DNA of 33,473 nucleotides. It comes from Priapulus caudatus. Lineage: Eukaryota. The DNA lies in contig NW_014577089.1 in the NCBI RefSeq assembly GCF_000485595.1, forward strand, positions 133,452 through 166,924, written 5' to 3'. Below are positions 9,920 to 22,164 of this stretch, piece after piece (the stretch's first letter is position 1; every line of letters begins with the position of its first letter). The notes under the pieces are model-generated. The model was not told where the DNA came from, did not search any database, and saw nothing but the letters and a program-made list of their open reading frames with translations. The position numbers and the translations under genes were made by a program.

Positions 9920-11170
9920 CTTCCCGAGACAGTGAACATCTTCATCACATCGCCCCTTAGCACTTCTACAACAAGCACCTAATGGCCAGCACCCTCGCCG
10001 AAACATGCAGATTCACATGGCACCCCGTCAATAATCATCTTCTTGTGAAGCCTGCATCACGGCCTGGCGCCTCGTCGCAGCAAACATCATTAAGTGGCTC
10101 CCCCATCATCGAAAACATCTTCATGTGGACCCACATCATAGCAAACATTATCATATGACACCACTAATACACGACTACAATATACCTGTAGCACCCTCAT
10201 AGACAACATCCATCTGTATCCACCTCACCACCGTCGAAAATCTATGCGTAGCCACGTCACCACGAACACAACATGTTCTGCTTGCATCTATGAAAAATCC
10301 GACATATGCATATACGCTCTCCTATGACACTATTTGTCATAGGAAGATTCTTCCTATGACAAATGTTGGCGAGTCAACTTCGTTCCGCTTTACAGCTGAA
10401 ATTCACTGCTTGCGTTCATAATAGCGCTCCTAAACTCCTATGATGCGCACAACACAGTGTCATACAACAATATTTGTCATACGAAGAATCTTCCTATGAC
10501 AAATAGTGTCATATGAGAGCGTATATGCGTTTGTCGTATTTGTCATAAATGCTAGGAGAACAGGCTGACGGACACTACTACAAGTCTACTCGTAGGGCGA
10601 TCGCCACAGCCCTATTGCAAAAAAATCTACCTGAGGTGCATTCACAACAAACTACATATCTACGTGTGGCTGTGGCACTCTTCTCACAGATAAAATCTAA
10701 CTGTGGCGCCACAGACAAACCTTACCTGAGACACTCTCACCGCAGGCAAAATCTACAGGTGTCCATCTCACTACAGACAAAATCTACATGAGGCACCCTC
10801 ACCACAGACAAAATATACCTGAGGCACCCTCACCACAGACAAAATCTACCTGAGGCACCCTCACCACAGACAAAATCTACCTGAAGCACCCTCACCACAG
10901 ACAAACTTTACCTGAGGCACTCCGCCACTGGCAAAATCTACCAATATCCATCTCGTTACAGACAAAATCACCTGACGCACCCTCAATACAGACAAAACAC
11001 ACCTGAGGCACTCTTACAACTGAGAAAATGTACCTATGGCGCCCTCAGCGCAGACACAATCTACTTGTGAGCTCCGAACCGCAGATGAAATTTACCTGTG
11101 CCACTCTTATTATAAGAAGCATATACACGTGGACGCTAACTACACAGTTAATCTATACATGTTCGCCCTC
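9920..11170. repeat. Long 31-bp minisatellite, homogeneous centre and decayed edges, interrupted by a MITE
   Basis: AGGCACCCTCACCACAGACAAAATCTACCTG at 10791, 10822, 10853 and 10884. Progressively degenerate units over 10575-11170 and probably 9920-10267. Confidence 0.85.
10268..10568 (-). mobile_element. MITE family A, copy 1 (301 bp)
   Basis: About 97-bp TIRs (...TGCATCTATGA..AAT..GACATA..CATATACGCTCTCCTATGACACTATTTGTCATAGGAAG...). Spacer is inverted relative to copies 2 and 3. Flanks are CGAAC/CGGAC. Confidence 0.9.
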
Positions 11171-11254
11171 ATCCCAGCTTCCCTCTTATCTAGGTACTCT
11201 TTAGGGAGCAAGTGCTCATCTGCAGTGAGTGTCTATAGACTATATAATACTAAT

Positions 11255-11420
11255 ATACGTTTACAGAAAATGTCTACACATCGCGTCTATAACGTATTAT
11301 CAATAGCGAGTATCTATACTAACGGACCTTTACAGAAGATGTCTAAGGATAGCACCTATAACGCACTATAAATTATCAATGGCGAGAGTGTCTATAACGG
11401 ACGCCTTTACAGAGAACATT
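11255..11420. repeat. Degenerate ~70-77-bp tandem repeat, about 3 copies
   Basis: TTTACAGA..ATGTCTA...TATAACG...ATTATCAAT recurs at about 11259, 11329 and 11406. Confidence 0.6.
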
Positions 11421-11760
11421 TTTAAATAGCGCCATGTTCAAACGAGATCAGTACGGCTGGTGCAATCCGGCCAAGCATTTGCCGAAAGCGCTGCTCTCTG
11501 TGTGAGAGCTAGAAACGCCGTACATAGCAACCTGTCACACTGCGACAACAGCGACAGGCCTTGATGTTTGAGGACACGCGAACAGCCTCTGCCATCATGA
11601 AGCCTCCGCTAATGTACTTACCCGATATATGTGCTACATCAGGATGGATCAATCAGGGGCAGTGTCAGCACCACACACACACACACACACACACGCACAC
11701 ACGCACACACGCACGCACGGAGAGTAGTGAATGAATTGCACATGGCCATGTGCACGAACC

Positions 11761-11769
11761 GAGAGCGAG

Positions 11770-11844
<75 letters not shown>

Positions 11845-11873
11845 GCAGAGAGAGAGGAGAGAGAAGAGAGAGA
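11761..11873. repeat. (GA)n microsatellite
   Basis: Direct inspection. Confidence 0.95.
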
Positions 11874-12827
11874 GGGGCAGAAGGGGAAACTTACGTACAC
11901 CTGATTACAATCACACAAGTGTACTTATGGATGAGTTACGCCAAGCGCGGCGGAAGCAGCCAACAGCGCCGACATCGAGAAGCAGCCACGGAGCCAGCAG
12001 TCAGCAGCAGGACCGGCAGCAGCTTGAAGCCACGATCACTCTACTCAACAGATCGTTACATCTTGTTTTCAGCTGGCGAGCATCCCCACTCCTCCATTAC
12101 TGCATGGCTACGTAACCGCAGTAATCCACTGTCTTCGTTAGCCTGATTAGTTTCTTCGATATCGGTTGCAAGTCGCCACGCTATGATAACGCACGTGGGC
12201 CTGCTTCGCTCATGCGGCTGCGCATCCGAGAAGACATATGAACCGCTAAGTCATATATAATAATATATATATATATATATAAATTATATATATTATATAA
12301 TATATATATATATACGCACACACAATCGACAATAATCCTCCACACGGCTTTAGGCATAAAATAACTGGAAATGTTTTCTCTCTATATGCTGTTCTATGAA
12401 CGTCGTGACGGCAGTACCTACCCTGACATGCATAATCGCATATACACGGCAAATCCTTCCCGTCACACTTGCCTCTGCTAACTACTGCGAGAGGCAACAC
12501 ACAACACAGCTGCATCACTATTCCGCACGCAGCCCCTCCCCCTTGATGCTAGAGAAATCCATCAGCTGGTGGTAATGAGTGGATTGCGCAACATGTGCAT
12601 TATGGGATAGGCACTATGGGCGCTGTTTCGTAGAAATTATATAGCTATTTAAAATCGTTCCGGCACATACAAATTGCTGGATACGTCAGAAGATTTCTTC
12701 TGTGTCACAAAAATATAGTGCAACCCATATACGACCACAATGAGGCAAGCTATTGTAATACGATGACAGTGTGGAGGCGGTTCTGCGTGAAACCACCCAC
12801 GGAACTGCTCATCCCCATTACGGATAT

Positions 12828-13115
12828 CCAGCCTGTTCTGCTAGCATCTATGATAAATACGACATACGCATATACGCTCTCCTATGACACTATTTGTCAT
12901 AGAAAGATTCTTCCTATGACAAATATTGTGTTGTGCGCATCATAGGAGTTTAGGAGCGCTATTATGAACTCAAGCAGTGAATTTCAGCTGTAAAGCGGAA
13001 CGAAGTTGACTCGCCAATATTTGTCATAGGAAGAATCTTCCTATAACAAATAGTGTCATAGGAGCGTGTATATGCGTATGTCGTATTTGCCATAGATGCT
13101 AGCAAAACATGTTGG
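12828..13115 (+). mobile_element. MITE family A, copy 2 (288 bp)
   Basis: Runs CCAGCCTGTTCTGCTAGCATCTATGA...TAGATGCTAGCAAAACATGTTGG. Flanks are GATAT/GACAT. Confidence 0.92.
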
Positions 13116-13146
13116 GACATCGCAACGCTTCTCTATCCACTACACC

Positions 13147-13331
13147 AATTTCGGGTGATACTCCATTAGGAGTAAAATCTTTAATCCATTAATGGTTAGG
13201 GTTATGTTATAGGTTAGGTTAGGGTTAGGGTTAGGGTTAGGGTTAGGGTTAAAGTTAAGATTATCAATCATTAATCATTAATGATATCAAAGTTGGGAAC
13301 ACTCCTAATGGGGCGTTAGCCCAAATTTCCG
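13147..13331. mobile_element. TIR element containing interstitial (TTAGGG)n
   Basis: Five perfect TTAGGG units at 13219-13248 plus degenerate units. Imperfect ~27-bp inverted repeats at 13147-13173 and 13301-13327 with perfect core CCATTAGGAGT/ACTCCTAATGG. Confidence 0.65.
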
Positions 13332-14181
13332 ACAAGCAACAGACGTTATCACCTCCTCATCCTCTCCTCTCCTTACACACGGGTCGCTATCGGCAGCGGT
13401 GCTGTGCTACGGCAGAGACCACTCAGGCCAGCTGCATCCACATTGAGATATACAGGCCTGCAGAAATAGCCGACTGTCCACAGTCCAGTCCTTAGGGTTT
13501 ATCTGCTGCTGCTCGCGAGCCATGCAAGGGTGTTGTTACCCTCTGAGAGGTAAAGCCAGCGACGCGTGGACGAGTCCGCTGCTGCTGAGCGTCAATACTC
13601 ATGGTACAATCTATTGAAGCCATTACCGTGTATGGGCGACGCCATTCATGGACACAGTTTACGGGGACATCACACGGCATATATAGCAACTGTACGGCGC
13701 TAGTGAAAACATTAAACACCATTGATATGACATGTTACTGTCGTGGGCGAAGTAATGCACATGGTACACATTCAACGATGGTTTCACTTTCTTGTCCATA
13801 ACTTTTCCCTGGCTTCAAAATTGTCCCTCTAATGTACAGAATGAAATTTCACAGTTTCACTTTTTCAAAATTCAATACCATAAATAATTCCCCGGTTACG
13901 GAGGTCGAATGCTTTGGGCGGTTAATTTCTTGACATTTCCATAACTTTTTGGATTTTTAGACTGTATCCTGACTCTATAACGAACAATGAATTTCCTTGA
14001 TTTCCAGGTGAGTGGCAGCCCTTCTGTCGAGGAAAATCGCGTTCGAACTGCACTGAAGCCACAGGACACTCACAGATGTCAACATAACGGGCACCAAACA
14101 CTGAAGACATTTCTACTCTCTACATTGGGATGTTGTCGACGCTGAAACCGTTAAACCTGCCAAATACTATGCCGTGAACTA

Positions 14182-14441
14182 CCAGCTTGTTCTGCTAGCA
14201 TCTATGACAAATACGACATACGCATATACGCTCTCCTATGACACTATTTGTTATAGGAGGATTCTTCCTATGACAAATATTGTTGTGCGCATCATAGGAG
14301 TTTAGGAGCGCTATTATGAACGCAAGCAGCGAATTGACTCGCCAATATTTGTCACAGGAAGAAACTTCCTATGACAAATTGTGTCATAGGAGAGCGTATG
14401 TGTATGTCGTATTTGTCATAGATGCTAGCAAAACATGTTGG
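14182..14441 (+). mobile_element. MITE family A, copy 3 (260 bp)
   Basis: Same TIRs with a small deletion in the spacer. Perfect 5-bp TSD AACTA at 14177-14181 and 14442-14446. Confidence 0.93.
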
Positions 14442-15663
14442 AACTACAATGAAAACTGCAACATGTAACTCCTCTCATATACACATCACAAGTCAATACT
14501 GCTAGAATCGTATCACAGTGAATCACTAGTTTGAGTAGTAGTCATGTCTCAGATAACGCAATAGTGACTGTTACACTCAATACTATGCTACACGGGAGAA
14601 AGTTGCAAAAGTTTGCAAGTTATTTAGAAAGATAACGGAGCGTCGAGAAAAAGAAACCGTTTTCTAAATAAACACGTTCGCTTGTGAAAGTTACGTGCTC
14701 GGCGGAACGGATGCTGGGCAAATATAGCAAGACGACTGACTTCAGCCCACAAAGGCTATACGCACGGGGGGACAATATAACTCTGACAGCAGGATGCATG
14801 GGACACAGGAAGGATGAACCTATCACATTTCCGCACATAGTCGAGCACGACAGCGGCGCTCGTGGCATCTGCTCAGTGACTTTCACCGGCGTAGTTTACA
14901 AACATCACCATGTCTGGCTCCGGCAGTGAGACGCTCGTGTGTCGCACACGCCATCAGATAAACTCTCTGGAGAAACAAATCAAGCAGAGTTGTTTGGTCA
15001 CGTGTACACGCGCGCGCCCCCCGTCACCACGGCGCAAAGCTCACGATATCTCGTTTCTTCCACGATTAGCGTTATTTCCCCCACCTAGAAACACGTACAT
15101 GTGTATAAACGCGTGGAACACCAACCAAACAACATAGACGCGACAGCGGATATTGGTCCACACAATAGATTTTTCATGCCATGTGTTCTACTTGATGCAG
15201 GGTATTAAACAAAAACGATACAACACAACGGCTACGTCAATGCACCTTTAAACAGGCATAAATATTGCTTAGACAAAAAAGGTGTACCCAAGAGAATAAA
15301 TACCAAGAGACCCAGTACTGGCGATAAAAATAGCCACGTGTGCGGGACCCGGTGACAATGCAACGATCTGTCAGCAACATACCACTGTATGAACTGATTA
15401 CGTGACCTGTTCAAAATGGAAGCGCCCATTGACACCACGATTGCCGTTCTTCAAGTTATTGGAATATATTTATTTCATTTTTTTTTCTTATTTCTATCAC
15501 TGTAAATCCCACTCGTAATATCGAAAAGACATGGGCGGTTCTGCCAGATTTCAACGAGTTCGTCCTCCCTCGTTCTCTCCCATACCACGGGCGCTGCCAT
15601 ATTTGATCACGTGCTTCAAATCATGCATTTGATTGGTTAATCCAAAAACTGTTGCCTGAATCC

Positions 15664-15842
15664 GTCGCCAGTGCAGCGCACACGTAGCGATTGTTCAACG
15701 ACTTGGCAACAAATATCAACATGTTTGATATTCCAGCGACGAGTTTCTGGCGTCAAAATCGCCATCGCCATGCAGCGCACACGTGGCGATTTCTCGGCGA
15801 TTTTGTTGCTAGCGATAAAAATCGCCACGTGTGCGCCCGGCT
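15664..15842. mobile_element. PIF/Harbinger-like MITE remnant
   Basis: Right end ...ATCGCCACGTGTGCGCCCGGCT followed by TAA. Perfect 18-bp inverted repeat at 15775-15792 and 15819-15836. Palindromic AATATCAACATGTTTGATATT at 15712-15732. A related end fragment lies at 15320-15352. Confidence 0.55.
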
Positions 15843-16838
15843 TAAGATATTACAGATACTCTAGCAACAATTTATCAGTAAAAACGTTATAAAATGATTG
15901 GAATTAGAACGAATAGGCCTACTCGAGAAAACAAAAGCTTGTCCATTTGGAAATGATGTTGTCAACAAGGCGGACCAGTCGACACCTCTAGACGACACAC
16001 ACGCTCATCTCCACCGTCTTATTCGTAGTTCACCGTGTCAGCATTAGTTCGCCTTAAGCAGGATTACGCCCCAGTCCCGCTCCCACAGCTCCGGGGGTGC
16101 CGCATTACACGCTCCCAGGCGACCCCCGGGGACGTCCAATTACTCAGCAAAGCAACAAAGGCCGATTACGGCATCAGTCCGCGATCGCTTACGGTAACTG
16201 GAGCGTTTTGTCACGACGCTGTCACCAGCGGCGGGCAATGCTGAAGCAGAAACAGAAACAGAAGCAGTAGGTCGTCAAGCTAGGCTATGTTGCGTGTCAG
16301 CAAGGGAGCAGCAGCACGGCTCCTGATACTGTAGGCAGTACCGGCGACTTCCCCTCATCCTGTCAACCCGAGTAGTTACGTGTCACGTAGGTTCAGCAAC
16401 GGGTAGCGCCCGCCTGCACTTAGGAAGGGCATGCTTAGTGGATACAGAGGAGGAAACACTCGAAGTGAAATAGGGATGCCTCCCTGTAGGTGGGTGGACA
16501 GAGCATGATCCCCATCAAACTGGGACACGAGGTGAGGAACTCGTAATGGAGGGTGCCCCACATTAGAAGCCACAATAAGGCAGAAGAGGCCGAGCTGCCT
16601 GCAAAGTGTCACTCACACGATACAGACCCTTAATGGCACTTGACACTGCGTAATGATAAATATCACTGACAGGTGACTGGTACGCTCTTAGTAGTATATG
16701 AATATAGGCGAGCTAGATAATATTATGCGTTCTGTGGTTTGTCAAAAACTTACCACTTAATAATATTACACAATGAAAGTCTCAATGACACTGTAGCTCA
16801 CCTTGGGTGTGATAGAAGAGAGAGGGGGATATATAAAG

Positions 16839-16896
16839 CAAGAGTACATATGGGAGAACTCCCATTATATAGCATATCTCCCATTATATACTCTTG
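16839..16896. mobile_element. 58-bp imperfect palindromic mini-element, CAAGAG...CTCTTG ends
   Basis: Arms CAAGAGTACATATGGGAGA and TCTCCCATTATATACTCTTG. Flanks ATAAAG/ATAATG are only an imperfect TSD. Confidence 0.5.
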
Positions 16897-17146
16897 ATAA
16901 TGATATATGCATAAGTTTTGATGCGAAAATAAATGCTTCAGATCTGAAAGTCTGAAATCTTAACGAGAGATGGTGCTACGCCTAAATGATCGCCATTTTG
17001 ATTTTCGAATATCGCGCAAATAAAAACAATCAAATATTCCAGTCAAATTACTGTAACGAAGAATCTAAAACACAATATTACACGTATATAGGTATGATTG
17101 TAGAGTTGTTGACCAGTTAGACGGAATAAACGTAATAGGACGTTGT

Positions 17147-17794
17147 CATCTCTCCCATAGGAGTAACAACTGTTTTGGGGCTAGCCTTACACATTCACAT
17201 ACCAAATTTTTACAAAATCGAATCGAATTTAGATGGCCATTTCCATTTTTGCCAAAAAGTGGGCGTGGCTCGAAAGTAGGTCGACTGGCGTGCTCCAAAA
17301 TAGGAAGTTCAAATCTCTCCCATAGGAGTAACAACTGTATTCAATTTGAAACATGTGGGTCAAACGGTTCTTGAGTTATCGTTGACCGTAGGCAGACACT
17401 GAAATGCGTAGTGAAATTGCTAAAATCTACCTAATTTGCATAATTAAAAAAAAAATCAAAACCCGTGTGATATGTTTTGGGGCCAGTCCTTATTCATTCA
17501 CATACTAGAAATGACCAAAATCCGTTGAACCTGAGCTGACTTATGGCCATTTCCATTTTTGCCAAAAAGTGGACGTGGCTCGAATGTAGGTCGACTGGCG
17601 TGCTCCAAAATAGGACGTTCAAACTTTACCCATAGGAGTAACAACTATATGCAAATTGAAACATGTGGGTCCAACGGTTATTGAGTTATCGTTGACCGTA
17701 GCCAAATGTTGACGGATGGATGGACGGACGGACGTACGACGGACGACACCCCATGGCAATAGCTCATCTTGACGATGTCAATGCGAGCTAAAAA
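17147..17794 (+). mobile_element. Helentron-associated non-autonomous element (HINE/DINE-1-like), 5' end not resolved
   Basis: Internal ~311-bp tandem repeat (ATGGCCATTTCCATTTTTGCCAAAAAGTGG at 17232 and 17543), then a (GGAC/GGAT)n microsatellite at about 17711-17746, a terminal hairpin TAGCTC..TTGAC-GAT-GTCAA..GAGCTA at 17760-17790 and an A-run. This is the known HINE architecture. Confidence 0.75.
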
Positions 17795-20700
17795 TGTATC
17801 AGTAATTAACCAAATATGATGTTATATACTATGTTATTGATAAGATAATATATATTATGTCGCTGATAGCTACGATTCCATATATTAAGGCTGTTTTCGT
17901 CGCGAACCCTATTTATAATTTAACATTTTAGTGGTGACACAATGGGGCCAATTATTTAAGAGCCTACCGTGGGAAATACTGTCGTAACATCATACCATCC
18001 AGCTGACAGCTGGCAGCTATGATAGCGAATAAAAAATAATAAAAATTACGTCATAATGAGGACGGCCGATGACAGTGAAGATTCTTCACTAATTAATGCA
18101 CCCATATCATGTAGACCTACGTCGTGCTCGTTCATATTGGATGCCGATCAGCACCTGGCTGGACGATACAGAATCCGCCTCAACCTCATAAACAGTCGTC
18201 ATTGATCGCATATCAATGTCACGAAAAACTAATTACGAAAAAAACAGCAGAAGAAAAATCATTGTTGTTCCGATATGGCTTCGTTTGTGTCTTGAAAGCA
18301 GAGCGCGGTAATTGAAATAAATGTGTGCCGCACAATGAAGCCGCCGCTTGTAGTTTGCCGCGAGATCAATGGCTAAAGTACTTTCATCTGCTACTGTGCT
18401 CGCCTATGCAAACAGCTTACAGTCACGAAAGTCCGCATGGTGGACACGAGGCATAGAAGGCGAGCTCTGGTAAAGCAAGTGTAATGGACGAGAACTAAAT
18501 AAGAAGCGCCGTTACAGATACACGATGAAAGCCGTGAGCATCGCTCGCCGTCTCCCCCTCTGTGCGCTGACCCTCTTTTTAAAACATATCGCTTTAGTTA
18601 GGCAAACATGACAGGACATAAATCAATTTCCCATTAGAGAATATACTTTGAATTCTGCTTGCCGCCGGATGTGGTGGACACAGGCACGGTATCTTAAATT
18701 CAGTGACTTTGCCAGACATGGTTTTCTGACTCTGCCCACCCCTGAGTCGTAGTCTGCTACGGGCAGCTGTTTGCTTTTCTCGCTTCCCCTATCCCGTAAT
18801 TTACTTGTTTCCCTTACGCCTTCCCCAATTCCGTTTCCCCCTGTTTCTTTCTCTCGGCCCTTTATCCCGTAATTCCATTGTTTTCTTCACTCTTGTCTTT
18901 TTTTTCGTCTACTCTCCCAGTCTGTAAATCTAATTTGAACTCGCGCCATGCCCACGCCCACTAATCAATGTCTAACACTACCGTCCCCTACCGTCGATGC
19001 GGGAACAAGTGTTCAATTAAGAACTGCATGCCCCTAGCCGTCGCTTTGTTAATAATGTAACCACGAAAACTAGCACGGCACCGTCCCACACCACCACCGC
19101 CGCCGCCACCACCACCATAGCTTGGTATCCGGTGTTTGCGATCGAGTCAGTGGTCCATGTGATACACGATATGTAGCCGATCGTGGGTGAGCGCAAGGAC
19201 GCTCCTCTACCCCGGTATTGCAGTTGAACATTTCTCACGGGAGGAGGGACGAGCCTCGCGAAACCTGGCCAACACCCACCCACCCACCGCGTCTGCTGGC
19301 GGTCGCAGGCGTGCAGATTCCGCGTGCATTAGCTGCCGCGACGCGCAGACGCCAATTAAATTCAATCGCTGCATCGCGGGTGGAAAAAAAAACGCTGAAG
19401 AAGCCAGAAGATTCCGCACGCGTCACTTAGCTACGTTTTAATCGTAAAAAAAGCACGCGGGTAATTGTGCATGAAAGCCCGTGCATGCGCGTGTACGCGC
19501 CCACGTACGCGCACGCGACTCGATCGCGGGAGACAACCTGTTGAAAACATCACGAGATGTCATCCGTTTCGCCTCGCTGCGCAGCGGCGTTCGCTCGGGC
19601 AAAAAGATGAAGCAAGCCAGCAGCGGGTGCTGTCACTCCTGAAACCCACCACTGCTCGCTGTATAGGCGACGTGGTGGCAGGGTGGCTGGCAGTCGTGGG
19701 GCTGTTACTCTCGACGTCACTTCGCGGCTGCAAGAACTCCCAGCTGGACACAAAACCAACAAGCGCGTCCCGACCGTCTGAGAAAACCGGCGTTTGCTTT
19801 CTTAACAGCGGACGGCCGACTTTGGGAAATCACTGCTGCGTTAGGTGTGGTGCGCGTCGGGAAAACATGCAGCGCAGCATGCAAATCACAAGCACTTGCC
19901 AACGTAAACAGACCTCGAATGAACGGGAGATTTTTCACCCGCCGGTATTATTGTAAACGAAAGCCGTTTTCGGCCGTTAACCGTGTTGCCGTTGGACACT
20001 CTCGATTCCCCGCCCATCTAATTGAAATTACGCGCGTCGATACGACAAGTTCAACGTTGTTAGCGCGAGAAAAACGATGCAACGCGGCCAGCCTGGCATT
20101 AGCCTCTCGATTCAATCCAATTCGACCAAAATTCACACAATCCGTATATGCCTTGCGCTAACTCGAGGGATCGACACAAGCGCCCACCGACTGCGCAATT
20201 ACGTGCAACACTTACAGCACGCGTGGATTGACGGCCGCAGGGTGCTACCACCCCCACCCCCAAACACCATGCCACCCACCCACCCTCGCGCGCGCGCGTG
20301 GGAGAGATGAGGTTAACAAAGAACCCACATCTTGCTGGAAACTCCCACGAGGGACGCTACCGACGCAAGTTAATCTCGCCTCGCGGCGGCTTTGAACCGA
20401 TGATTAATCAAAGCGCAACCCTTGCACAATTACCATGACAAAGGTGATGAGAATATTACACGCGCGGCCCCATCAAGTGCGGGCGGCGCGCGCAGTAATC
20501 GGCGGGCCCGCCCGATGATCCGGGAGGAGGGTTGGCTACTGGGAATTTCGAGGGGGAAGGAGTGCGGAGTGGGTATAGCGACGTGTAAGCACGCAGCAGA
20601 GGGCTGGAAGAACTCTGTTAGAGGAGGGAAGCACGTGGGGGAGGGGGGAGGGGAGTTGTAGAAGAGTAACAAAGCCTTATGTAAAGACTGGGGAGTGTTG

Positions 20701-21206
20701 CATGTGTGAATGTGGTTGTCAATAACATATATGTGCACGCTGTGGTAGCAGCATCGGAGAAGCCAGTGGTCATTGCAGACAATAGTCACACATCAACAGA
20801 TTTTTACCTGTAACACAGCCCAATCTTACTCATGTACTACTATTAGTTGTAGGCCTATATAACAAATGTTAGTCATGCAGTAACTTTTAGGGGCTTCATA
20901 TAGTCGGTATATAAATCTAATTTAAGCACATTATGATAATGAGATATAGCATGACATACGATGTATAGTACCAGCAAAATTCACCTCGCTATAATACATG
21001 ACTATAATGTGACAATAATTATTACCCTGGAAGAAAAAAATGTTTATCAATATACTACCACACAAACAGCACACCAGCTCTGTATAAATGCAAAACACAG
21101 AGCCAAACGTTGATGATTTAATGCAAAGGAAATAGTATTGCACACGCACGCGTACATGAGCGCATGCACGCGCAATCATAAACCTACACGCAAACGAGCT
21201 CGCACG

Positions 21207-21330
21207 CACGTACCCTCATGCGCACACGCACGCGCGCACGTACCCTCTTGCGCACACGCACGCGCGCACGTACCCTCATGCGCACACGCACGCGCGCACG
21301 TACCCTCATGCTCACACGCACGCGCGCACG
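21207..21330. repeat. 30-bp minisatellite x4, followed by (CACG)n to the gap
   Basis: CACGTACCCTCATGCGCACACGCACGCGCG at 21207, 21237, 21267 and 21297. Confidence 0.95.
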
Positions 21331-21396
21331 TAAACACGATAGCAGAAAGACACGCACGCACACACACACACACGCACGCACGCACGCACGCACACA

Positions 21397-21428
<32 letters not shown>

Positions 21429-22164
21429 CACACGCACGCACGCANNNNNNNNNNNNNNNNNNNNNNNNNNNNNNNNNNNNNNNNNNNNNNNNNNNNNNNN
21501 NNNNNNNNNNNNNNNNNNNNNNNNNNNNNNNNNNNNNNNNNNNNNNNNNNNNNNNNNNNNNNNNNNNNNNNNNNNNNNNNNNNNNNNNNNNNNNNNNNNN
21601 NNNNNNNNNNNNNNNNNNNNNNNNNNNNNNNNNNNNNNNNNNNNNNNNNNNNNNNNNNNNNNNNNNNNNNNNNNNNNNNNNNNNNNNNNNNNNNNNNNNN
21701 NNNNNNNNNNNNNNNNNNNNNNNNNNNNNNNNNNNNNNNNNNNNNNNNNNNNNNNNNNNNNNNNNNNNNNNNNNNNNNNNNNNNNNNNNNNNNNNNNNNN
21801 NNNNNNNNNNNNNNNNNNNNNNNNNNNNNNNNNNNNNNNNNNNNNNNNNNNNNNNNNNNNNNNNNNNNNNNNNNNNNNNNNNNNNNNNNNNNNNNNNNNN
21901 NNNNNNNNNNNNNNNNNNNNNNNNNNNNNNNNNNNNNNNNNNNNNNNNNNNNNNNNNNNNNNNNNNNNNNNNNNNNNNNNNNNNNNNNNNNNNNNNNNNN
22001 NNNNNNNNNNNNNNNNNNNNNNNNNNNNNNNNNNNNNNNNNNNNNNNNNNNNNNNNNNNNNNNNNNNNNNNNNNNNNNNNNNNNNNNNNNNNNNNNNNNN
22101 NNNNNNNNNNNNNNNNNNNNNNNNNNNNNNNNNNNNNNNNNNNNNNNNNNNNNNNNNNNNNNNN

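Noticed and set aside
10575..11170. CRISPR-like or coding repeat
   Set aside because: Contiguous 31-bp tandem units (not a multiple of 3) with no spacers.
13219..13248. True telomere or chromosome fusion site
   Set aside because: Only five perfect units, internal, in a single orientation, and enclosed by inverted repeats.
14684..14929. 81-aa plus-strand ORF (GCMGHRKDEPITFPH...)
   Set aside because: No recognisable domain, weak splice support, and a length within chance expectation.
15522..15545. miR-71-like AAAGACATGGG
   Set aside because: The match stops after about 11 nt and no precursor hairpin is seen. Similar partial matches to miR-190 (15721) and miR-263 (16632) also fail.
16035..16640. 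Degenerate retroelement or gene fragment
   Set aside because: GC-rich, but I could find no recognisable gag/pol motifs or consistent frame.
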